DNA of 20,000 nucleotides from Albugo candida (Eukaryota): NCBI GenBank assembly GCA_040437565.1, contig JBDOQK010000042.1, positions 298,564 to 318,563 of the forward strand, read 5' to 3'. Shown piece by piece: positions 12,101 to 19,300 of this stretch (position 1 is its first letter; each line of letters starts with the position of its first letter). The notes under the pieces were generated by a model. It saw only the letters and a program-made list of their open reading frames with translations, ran no database searches and was not told where the DNA came from. The position numbers and the translations under genes were made by a program.

Positions 12101-12982
12101 AGTGAAGATACTTCTGTGCTCATAGTATGACTTTCCGTGATTTTGACTCAATTCTTTGCCGATCTGATCGATGGGAACTTGGATGCAATATGGTTTCCAA
12201 AAATACTCATTGATATCATCATAATTTCGTACATGGACGTGTTCCAATGATTTCCCAAGCTTGTTCTTTCGTTTCATGTTGGCACACTCGGCCCACACGG
12301 GAGAAACAACCGAACGAAGATACCATCCCTCGCTCTGCGTCTGACTTGCACAAGGGTCTTGATTGAGTTGGTGAAGCATTTGATGGAAAATGTAGCAGAT
12401 ACACTCTGGCATATGTCGAAGATTGGCAGCTTCTCCCCATATCAGTAATAACAACATCATGTCCATGTGCATAGGACTTTTCAGATTCTTTTTGGCTCCT
12501 TGCATTTTAAATGAGTTTGGTTGAATCCGGAGGAATTGACACCACTCAATATAATTCGATACAAGCTTTGTATGAAGTACTTTTATATGATGCTGATGAG
12601 GATCTGAAGGTCGTGTTCGAGCTTTACCATTAGCAAGGAGAAGAAGTACGTGTTCTCGTTGATTATTTACAGAGCCGGATTGAAATCCAAATTTGTTGTA
12701 CAGAATTTCACAGCAATAATCAATTGAGGTTTCATCGTCAAAATCCCCTTCGAGTCCGCCACCTTTCATATACTGGCTTTGTCCTAAAATCTCTTTATCC
12801 TCCAGCATCGATAATCGTTGTGATAATGATCGCTGACCTTCATAAGGAGCCTCATCGTAATTTCCGTATTGTTTGCCATAATTCGGATCTCGTGTATCAG
12901 TTTGAGAAGCACGTCGACGATCTGCATTCAACTCGAAATAATTCGAGCTCGCACGTGCATGCCGGTCTGTAGAAGTTCTCAT
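6167..12982 (-). CDS. 1,3-beta-glucan synthase / callose synthase (GT48, FKS-like) fused to a C-terminal MFS sugar-transporter-like domain, 2271 aa, intronless
   Basis: FKS motifs FGFQSGSVNNQREH, IWGEAANLRHMPEC, RNYDDINEYFW, RLWASYRGQTLARTV, GEGKPENQN, TIDMNQ, REHIF, RMHYGHPD, INLSEDVFAG, KGRDV. C-terminal sugar-porter-like motifs LGRRLSIV, YIYEVPSREMRSR, PESPLW, FIDKLNHK. Confidence 0.96.
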   Translation of the reverse strand: MRTSTDRHARASSNYFELNADRRRASQTDTRDPNYGKQYGNYDEAPYEGQRSLSQRLSMLEDKEILGQSQYMKGGGLEGDFDDETSIDYCCEILYNKFGFQSGSVNNQREHVLLLLANGKARTRPSDPHQHHIKVLHTKLVSNYIEWCQFLRIQPNSFKMQGAKKNLKSPMHMDMMLLLLIWGEAANLRHMPECICYIFHQMLHQLNQDPCASQTQSEGWYLRSVVSPVWAECANMKRKNKLGKSLEHVHVRNYDDINEYFWKPYCIQVPIDQIGKELSQNHGKSYYEHRSIFTLILNYYRIFQFNLMFLTCLVVIGFISAVSPSGGKQWFAQFGSMGQVVAPYTTRDVKMALISIVFSHSMLAFLKTVLEAAHGWHLLFNRDKSTTSSRSFSYASALVCRMVWNAAFAAGFGWMIYEPLTLRQDTSFLNNATLMTMAFITPATGVLLTYAIAPHLINDSYLAQFTREGVSCYVGRHMAPPFRFQLRYIAYWLCLWSLKAFVSYFILVRPLVLPSLAIYSMQLKYGSNVINFHNMGVILALWAPIVFIFNYDTQIYFTAFQALLGWSQGIFMKTGEIHGMQQFTKYFRAAPPLFDHKIVTALARANDATHGHSAAEFQSQMMLRFVVVWNEIVNSFREGDLVDDKEAAILQYDVQSSGDVFEPVFLSAGKLNDALEIIGKLGKEQKGDEQLHIALMKEDCLSGIRSFFHACMYVFEALLTTEDADMLDALREIEKVAQKGKFMATFDTRTLPELRSSIMDLLEAVMDLPDPEVQAQGAGSSKVHSMGVIRSFVNKMENLINNLRHLVSRPDLGAKFSNVKFVQANGGYMYAMNGLTNLFHNDAAMGAATRAYLLMTLDRADAMPRCGEAQRRLGFFLKSLVMEIPELTAIKEMKSFSVVTPFYSESVLYSLQELSDKLDNPPIFRKVEEDGKNITILKYLTTIHPAEWENFLERVDVMSVEEALSKYPMELRLWASYRGQTLARTVQGMMLYEDAIKILHWLEIGSAPNKTAEQKQSQLEDIVRLKFSYICACQVYGKHRAEGKAQADDIDYLLKTYPNLRVAYVDTIKSSGHDDRFDSVLIKSERNEIVEVYRYELPGDPILGEGKPENQNNALQFTRGEYLQTIDMNQQHYFEECLKMPQLLATADLHPSKKPVSIIGMREHIFTGDASSLSKFKSWQELVFVTLSQRVLADPLYVRMHYGHPDVFDKLIAFSRGGVSKASKGINLSEDVFAGFNSTLRGGIVTHVEFMQCGKGRDVALSQISMFEGKLANGAGETSLAREAHRMGQFMDFFRLNSMYYSHTGFYFATWMTIVTTFVYMYSKVYLALSGVQREIVFEMNSTQVIRGNVAYGFDLRVFTDVKSVMNTQFFIQAGLFLMLPLMCVYFGEGGLLRGFGRFLEMIITGGPAFFVFQVGTTMHFFDNNIVHGGANYQATGRGFKITRETFVLLYRAYASSHYRKAFELVGLCLVYLAYGNFSICQNEAPANDDFFAVKFCTASQGYGVQTFSTWFIAILWLLSPFIFNTDGLDWQKTKVDIKAWVNWMFADADYKDDDKTITGGWVTWWKSELEQYHNSNMIARITVIIRESRHFFVMFYVITLKTKSVMFVAVVLAAAGATVVAMGFIHGFGLCMRGMSSMKRASFYAFCLLAIVSAYLVAIVAILHKDMSYAIALFFGYMAALYGLNECARMWSFSNSSIAGVVCFQQLAFFFDYIFGLLLVIPLFIMSCIPFLNIIQTRMMYNEGFSKVMSASSQYALSIATFIGLLGGIGVGWLFSLLSTLEQSPSFSSYVITYDGILDGGLGRGKTSYVYYIGCVLGVVASAFTNHFLGRRLSIVIGGLLTSVGMTAVYATGSSRHSLLIPAIGILGISTGVLFPSLSQYIYEVPSREMRSRTMLLLGFGITLGVLLNCFCSTIKQLGWIWEGFIASGVIGMITAGVNIFPESPLWVLEHRGWDCCEACLIVLRRKPDVSDELKKIREEGEGSNNEEASSSYKLLLGISLMITCSLATPVLNTFIYHEQTSGSKGDQNRLLLNCLALQITGAGLSFFFIDKLNHKSILFGTCIPVALCAAILGFDAQTDLFAKTGNAALCMSLTSMLCYFFLGLGFTVVPYASAVGLFTTRGRAVMTPILFAIFFVIPIAYTFATAKDPIPKGGFIFLYGLTLFCIMTMVLLMGAGTRRNGILCTKEEMAAENERYGLRHQSSNPRLPSGASRNRNINRSRGRSNVINKSNYQRLDSPATGREYGGRGGKGARPRGNRNGQPNRYHSGV

Positions 12983-13587
12983 TGATACCGTTCTGTTTTT
13001 TCGATAGTCAGAGGAATATCAACTGAATACTTTCGAGCCGGTGCGACGAGACTTTTCGACGTAAATGGTGATAGTGCTTGTTGAGGGATAGCGCGAGAAA
13101 GGGAGAGGACTTATTTCAAAGGTATAAAGCTGAAAATTGTTTGCTTAAAACGAGACTCTCCAGTCCTATGGCTGTGAGTAGTGAAGTGACTAGGATGTGC
13201 ATAGGCCAAGTATCAAATTAGTATTCAGTTGTGGGTATCAGAAAAGTAGAATCCTCCAATCGAGTCGCGCTGTCTATTTCCGGTTAGGGATGATGTGGCA
13301 GTATACCTCTTCTGGTCTTATCGGACCCCCAGGTTTATTAACAGATGGCGAGAAAGCACACTCAAAATCCGGCTTGTCGAAAGGAAAGGACCAGTTTTGC
13401 GTAAAGCATGTACGCTACGGCTTTCCCTGCTACCCCCGTTGGAATCATTAGGTTGATAAATATTCGAGCGATTATAATTGGAGCGAGCTGGGACAATACC
13501 TTTTGCTGCAATTCTTAATCCGAAAAGACCCTAGAAGCAAAGCATATTGAGCGCTTGTGATCATGGTCCGGGATGTTACATTACTTG

Positions 13588-14690
13588 TGAATGCAATGAC
13601 TGGAAGGAACGACAACTTGTCTCGATTGTTTTTTGAAAGTCTTTGACCTCTTCTTTGATGAAATGGGGCAGCCACAAGGTGGACAAGGAACCTACTACCT
13701 ACTCGAAAGTTGAGAAGGATCGATCCTAGCAAGGCAGAACGAAACTTTTGTATCTTTTGTCAATTACTACGCGGTCTAACGCCAAGGCTCTTCGTTTACT
13801 GGACAATTAGGATTGTCGGGAACTACATAGAAGCCTCATGATTTCAAGTACTTGAACATTAGCGAGTGCTATGACATAGACGGCATTGATAATGAAAAGG
13901 ATTTTGATGGTGCTATGAAGGTCATGCAACATGTGGGCGACATGAAGAGGCAAATTGAATTGAAAATCCAAGACGTGTCGCCATCCTACATTTGGGTAAC
14001 GTTGACTCTAGGCTGGAACCATTCAAGATGCTGAAGACTCTACTATCAATTCAATTGATGCAGTGATTACATGTTATATAGTATTGGGAATCAGTTCCGA
14101 TGAGCGCTAGATGAATTTATGCTTCAAAGTATTTGAAAGCAATGGCTCTCGGTGGCAAAATAGAGAGGTATCAAGTACCACAAGCTTATCCAAGCAAGTG
14201 CTCAACGTGATTCTCTTGCAAAAGTTATATATGGGAGAACTTTAATTCCTGATTGAGCGTATAAACCACGCATTGGACTTGCAACGTGGAGTAGATGAAC
14301 AGGAACCAACAAATTACTCCCATCGTACGCTAAACGTGGATGAGATACCTAAACTTGGTATTCTAGATGTTTACGGAGTCGAACTATTTGATAGAAATGG
14401 TTTCGAACAATGCTGCCTTGTTTACGTGAATGACAAATTGCAGTAATCGTGTATCGAGTCAACGTTGCGGTCAGAACAAGATGAATACGATCGAGAAGGC
14501 AAACAAGGCAAGCGACAGCTCAGGCTCCGGAATGAATTTTGTAAGATTTGGATCATACAGTCAAGATGATGCATTCACAGGAAGATGAAACCATTAGCAA
14601 GACATTCTTGGATAAGGTCAACAGTACTCATCTTTCCCACCAATAAAGCTCATAGACAAGAGCAAAAATCGAGACATGAATTTGATTCTT
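13588..14690 (+). pseudogene. Degenerate myosin motor-domain fragment (class I-like), with many frameshifts, stops and deletions
   Basis: Myosin motifs in collinear order across frames: NAMTGRNDNLSR (switch I), [85 protein letters not shown] (switch II/relay), LRSEQDEYDREG, KNRD. No P-loop recognised. Confidence 0.85.
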
Positions 14691-15771
14691 ACAAGTATCG
14701 CGCATCCAGATTACTTCCGTGGTATTTTTGAACGCTTTGGTTACCCGTGGCCCATGACTGAATCCCTTGAATACTCAGAAACGGGCTCAACCTCATCAAG
14801 TAATGACAAGAGCGCTCGCCGACAGTTTACCGAAAACTTAACGCGCAGAGTAGATAAAACGCGAGAAGTGCGGGAACTGACGCATTATAAAACTATACTC
14901 GCAGTTGGCAATTCAGAAGGCGATTATGATCTGGTTTTTGTAGGTATACATTATAACGGATACGCGCTGATTCTTCAGATGTCATGGAGACATATCCAGC
15001 TTCGGTCGATATGTATGCGAGCCCATCACCGTTCATTTCCCGTTGTGTTTTTTTGGGCATGCAAGAATACGATGGTTTGAACGTCGAGATGAGTGCCTCG
15101 AAAAATTGAATAAATTGAAAGCCGATAATAAGGGTCGATGCAAAACCATATCCATGGCAAATGTATGCTGGGAAACAAATGAAGTAACAGATGAAATATA
15201 GCCATTTCAATTCACTCGGTGATTGAATATATGCTGTTTTGAAACAAAACTTACCGCTACACGCACTTCTTCGACTGAATTTTTGACTCGTAAGTCCTTG
15301 CCAATATCTTGCAAAAATTCAAAGACTGTTTGTTCAGAGAAAGCCTTGCGTTCAGTCTTGTCGATCCGCTGTAAGAATTATTTCACTAACGGGTCTACCT
15401 AGCTTCCTACTACACCACTCTAAGTGTTGTCGATATTGTCACTGAGACACAGTCGAGCGATATGTTGCTATGACTGGCAATTGCAAAGGAGCTGTTAGGG
15501 AGCTGTAGTTTTTGTAGCAGATTTAGGCCAATTATAAATAGCCACTTCGAGATGACGAAAAAATATGGAGCCATTGTGTGTACGATATATGATATCTCTT
15601 CTTCAAGTGCGCAGGGAACGAGAGTGATATCGAGTTAACCTTTGTGCTTTCCATATCGACGTAACAATTCCTTCGAAATCTAGTAACTTGTTCTTCTTTC
15701 TTAAAAAAAGGCTGGATCAAGCACCACCTCTGTCTCTATAAACTCAGGGAAGGGTGGCCGTACCCAGCTCA

Positions 15772-16194
15772 GTTGAAGTTGTCTATATTACTAGAATTAG
15801 ACGTAAATGACTTCTCTAAATGCCTAGACTACAATAAATAACATATAATACATGCAGATGTGGCTTGAAAAGTCACAAATAGTGAACTTGGTGNNNNNNN
15901 NNNNNNNNNNNNNNNNNNNNNNNNNNNNNNNNNNNNNNNNNNNNNNNNNNNNNNNNNNNNNNNNNNNNNNNNNNNNNNNNNNNNNNNNNNNNNCATCAAC
16001 AATCATGCAATCACCCAAAACAGGGTGTCTCATGAGGGTTGCCACGTCACTACAAGTGGACGCTAGCACCCTGGGTTGTGTCGATATGTCGACTTGAACC
16101 ATTGTTTTCGAGAGGAAAGAGTTGAAAAAAGTATTTTTTTCGAGTTGTTTTTAATAAATTAGCGGGTTACTTAGTAGCCGGCAAATTGAGAAGT
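15772..16194 (-). mobile_element. Non-LTR retrotransposon copy A (probably full length; interior lost in N-gap 15894-15993)
   Basis: TSD ccgtacccagctca at 15758-15771 and 16195-16208. The 3'-terminal ~60 nt are about 85% identical to those of zf-RVT-bearing copy B. The 5' end starts with an INR-FPR motif, then a ~90-nt UTR and an ORF start at ATG 16102 (MVQVDISTQPRVL...). Confidence 0.7.
16180..16194 (-). promoter_or_regulatory. Oomycete INR-FPR core promoter (from +1) at the 5' end of LINE copy A
   Basis: Minus strand reads ACTTCTCAATTTGCC, fitting A(+1)YTYYNCAWTTTNYY of the oomycete initiator/flanking-promoter-region consensus. It begins directly at the TSD boundary. Confidence 0.6.
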
Positions 16195-16208
16195 CCGTAC
16201 CCAGCTCA

Positions 16209-16527
16209 GTTAAGGGTGTTCGCCCGTAGTACTTTTATTTAGACACCGTTCCGTTACTACAGTTTGGTGGTTATCTACTCTATTCTAATCACTAGTATGT
16301 AACGCTCTGAAGAGCCCGGTCCAACTCCTGTACAGTTATTTTCTTGTGCAGTTGCCAGCGGTCTTGACACGTCCATATCTTCATTGAGTAGGTTGATATT
16401 TACGTGGAGGATTCTTTGCCTCCGCCGAGGGGCCCCACCGCAGCCCTTTTGCCACCGCAGGGATTCGAACCAGGGTACACATGGTCGAAACACATGTGTA
16501 CTAACCGCTAAGCCCCCCGACGCGGTC
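16209..16527 (-). mobile_element. tRNA-derived SINE (about 320 bp) with LINE-related 3' tail
   Basis: 15-bp TSD tccgtacccagctca (16194-16208, 16528-16542). Box A GGGCTTAGCGG (16515-16505) and box B GGTTCGAATCC (16471-16461) at tRNA-like spacing. 9-bp hairpin GTACACATG/CATGTGTAC. The 3' end TGTCTAA...AGTACTA...ACACCCTTAAC resembles the LINE 3' end. Confidence 0.78.
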
Positions 16528-16707
16528 TCCGTACCCAGCTCAGTCGGTTAAGGAGTTGAGCGTACGGACCCCCTGCCGGAGGTCGTTAGTTCGATCCCCG
16601 GCAGTGTGGGCAGCGGTTTGAGCCCACCCAAGCACTAAGCTTGGAAAATGTCTGCCTCCCTAGGTTTGAAGTCATACTTAAGTGATATTCACACGGTCAG
16701 GGGCTCA

Positions 16708-17113
16708 GTTGAAGGTGTCTATATTACTAGAATTAGACAAACTGACTTCTCTAGTTGCCTAGGCTATNNNNNNNNNNNNNNNNNNNNNNNNNNNNNNNNN
16801 NNNNNNNNNNNNNNNNNNNNNNNNNNNNNNNNNNNNNNNNNNNNNNNNNNNNNNNNNNNNNNNNNNNAAAAACTGATCCCAACTAGGGAGTAAATCCCTC
16901 CATAACTGTGCCGTGTGATCACACTCTAGAAAGAGATGTTGATCGGATTCCACTGCCCCACACGAAGGCTGCGTGCACAATATAATGTCGGGCTGAATAT
17001 CCTTCAAGAACCAGAAATGAGATCGAACTGGCAACATTCGAAAGGCTAGACGAAACTGTAAATCGTCGTAAATTGGTAATACGCATTTCCGAAGATGCCG
17101 CGATGTAGCCATA
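16708..17113 (-). mobile_element. 5'-truncated L1/Tx1-like LINE copy B: ORF2 C-terminal zf-RVT (CCHC) region plus 3' end (gap at 16768-16867)
   Basis: Translation LPIYDDLQFRLAFRMLPV...CTQPSCGAVESDQHLFLECDHTAQLW matches the zinc-binding region of non-LTR ORF2. Perfect 15-bp TSD acggtcaggggctca at 16693-16707 and 17114-17128. Confidence 0.85.
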
Positions 17114-17188
17114 ACGGTCAGGGGCTCATGATAGGATAAGGAAGGTAGTATAAGGACCAGATAAACAGTGTAATGAAATCCTTGACAA

Positions 17189-17580
17189 TCTATAAATTCA
17201 GGGGAGAGCACCAAAATTGGATCCTCATAGAAGCCAAGAATTTCACCGCTTTTGTATACTCATCCAACTTTGTCGTGTTTGGTCGCATCATCATCCTGAT
17301 AAAGGATTTGAGCTCAATGAACGTTATACAAAGAAACGTCTGTGGCCAGGCGTGAATAATCCGCTTCGGTCTCCCAGGGTCCAACTGCATCATCAGCATT
17401 ATCCATAGCCACAATATCACGTCCTGTTGCTTAATCCTCCCATCCCTCGTGGCATCTTTCATCAACCTGCAGCTTGCCCGTAAATGATTGTGATGTTGCT
17501 CATTGGCGACATTTGTTGTGGTACTTCTCTTTGTCCATCTCGCCAAAAAGAATAGATGTACTTGCTTCTAGCTTTGTAGC
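17189..17580 (-). pseudogene. Decayed ORF of unknown identity, apparently the insertion site of the host SINE; continues left of 15735
   Basis: One frame reads ATKLEASTSILFGEMDKEKY...GEILGFYEDPILVLSPEFI, broken by four TGA/TAA stops. Removing the SINE nest continues it as ETEVVLDPAFF. No family recognised. Confidence 0.3.
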
Positions 17581-18732
17581 ACGTATGCTCAACAAAAGAT
17601 TCTTTCTCGTGCAATGGATATAGTCCAGGTGATACTAATGATGTTCTACAGGCGTCACAGAAGTGGGATCGAAAAATCCTCAAGAATGAGAATTTTCGAC
17701 AGAAAGGATTCTTTTTGACCGTTGTCATCCGTTCCAGCTCGACATACTCGAATCTGATGAACTTCAAAAGAAGGAATGTCACTCTGCTACAGCGATCTCT
17801 GTTTTTGGGCTCGAATTATGTAGGTGTCGTCACATCTCGTCTGCCGAAAATTTATAATTGGAAGCCATTGAGATGATTAGCTACTTTTTAAACGGCATTT
17901 TAGAGTATCTGATGACCTTCGTAAAAGCCTAATTCCTTCTGGTCTACTGACTAACACTGAGCTCCTTCCGATGTACCTGGGTTGACACAATGCTCCAGTA
18001 AGACTTGATTACATCTCATGTTTAGGCACCCATCTAAGCAATATTGCATAGTCTCTCCACAGAAGTTCTAGCCAAAATGTAGTAGCATTGCTTTTAAATC
18101 GTAGCACTGCTTGTTATCCATTACACATTAAGACTTGTTACATTGATGCACTCACCAGATAGCCACAAAAGCGACCTTAAATGCTCAAACATCGCTTTGG
18201 AGCTGGTGCAGATTATCTTTGACTTTCCAATTTTTAAAAGCTTACGGTATAGCATGTCATAACTCAATCGACATCATAATCCCAGTGATAGCTTTATTCC
18301 ATTTCCGATGCCTTGCTCGCCAAATCGACATAGCTGTGAGTATAAAATATGCAAAGCTTGCTTGCCATTGACTACGAACTTCTCCATTTTGATACCACAA
18401 GCCCATTGTGGAAAATTTTGAGATTCAGACTATGCCGTATCGCCATCGGTATTCGACATGTACTGTTCGAGTTTTTTTTGGAACATTGACGATTAATAGA
18501 AGGATTTGGAACACAAAGTAGTTTGTAGTCAAAAGCTTTCGTGAATGCGTCAATCGTTCATAGTAATCAAAAGTATCTTGAGTGAGTCTCCTTGATAAAG
18601 TATTAGGCTTGCTCCTTGAGCGCGAAAGCGTTCATATTCCCACGAATATATGTAATATGCTGAAATGTAGCACAAAAAACTAGAATTTCAGAAAATGGAT
18701 GTATGCGTTGAAGGATATTCAAAAGTTAGTTC

Positions 18733-19300
18733 TGTTGAAAGGACGCGACTGGCGAGATGAAGGGCTGCGACTGGTGAGGTTACACAAAGATCATAAAGTC
18801 AAAATATATCAAGTTTCTCATTTACTTGATACTAAACTAGTGCTAGTAACTAACAGATTATGAGCCCAAGCCCCCCGCAAGACCCTCCAGCAGCTTCGCC
18901 AGGTGCTCTCGTTCCACATGCGGTCGATGAGACGACAAGCGATAGCGTGGACATCTCTCAAGCGAGAGAACGCGGGAACTACGAGCATGTTGCAGATCGT
19001 CTGGATAGACTTGAGGAACTCATTGGGAATATGATGCGGGACTTGACGCGAGTACACGTGGAGCGGGCCCAACTGCCCCCCGCAGACCCTGCTACTCGTA
19101 GGGTAATGGTTCGAGTGTCTGCAGTCAATTCTTGAATGCTGAACCGAATGGGACCAGAGCGGAGTCACTCACTGAAGAGATGGGTGTGCAAGTGCCGTTT
19201 GGTATGCAGCAGCATCAACAACAATATTTCTTCACAGTCCAGCCCACGGCGCAAGGTTACGCCCTACCAAGGCACAACATCTACCGGCCACAACACTGGG
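18733..19300 (+). mobile_element. Ty1/copia LTR retrotransposon 5' remnant: short LTR (18733-18855), PBS and decayed gag N-terminus
   Basis: TGTTG...TAACA termini. Immediately followed by GATTATGAGCCCA, close to the copia half-tRNA(iMet) PBS GGTTATG(G/A)GCCCA. ORF MSPSPPQDPP...ADRLDRLEELI starts inside the PBS. Right boundary approximate. Confidence 0.65.

Larger units (their letters stand above)
15758..16542 (+). repeat. Three copies of target site ccgtacccagctca (15758-15771, 16195-16208, 16529-16542)
   Basis: Exact 14-bp direct repeats read from the sequence, each followed by gt. Confidence 0.95.
15750..17188 (+). mobile_element. Host tRNA-derived SINE-like element (about 250 nt when reconstructed: 15750-15771 + 16543-16707 + 17129-17188), split by three nested insertions
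   Basis: Flanked by a 14/15 direct repeat tctataaa(c/t)tcaggg (15735-15749, 17189-17203). Pol III box A-like AGCTCAGTCGG (16537-16547) and box B-like AGTTCGATCC (16588-16597). Does not fold as a tRNA cloverleaf. Confidence 0.65.

Noticed and set aside
6285-12972. Many short plus-strand and alternate-frame ORFs over the glucan synthase
   Set aside because: Shadow ORFs of a long conserved CDS, with no motifs.
14676-15210. 134-aa and 105-aa ORFs after the myosin remnant
   Set aside because: No recognisable domain; likely chance ORFs or degraded continuation of the pseudogene.
16451-16523. Possible functional tRNA gene on the minus strand
   Set aside because: Boxes A and B are present but the acceptor and T stems do not pair properly, there is no nearby T-run terminator, and it heads a TSD-flanked 320-bp unit, so it is a SINE head.
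15758-16544. CRISPR-like spaced direct repeats
   Set aside because: Eukaryotic context, repeats only 14-17 bp, 'spacers' over 300 bp that are retroelements, and no cas genes; explained as TSDs.
16759-17214. 151-aa ORF as a single protein
   Set aside because: Chimeric: the N-terminal part reads through flank, host SINE tail and TSD. Only 17113-16868 is LINE ORF2.
17600-18720. Possible decayed gene or effector remnant
   Set aside because: Only short open stretches with frequent stops, and no motif I can identify without a search.
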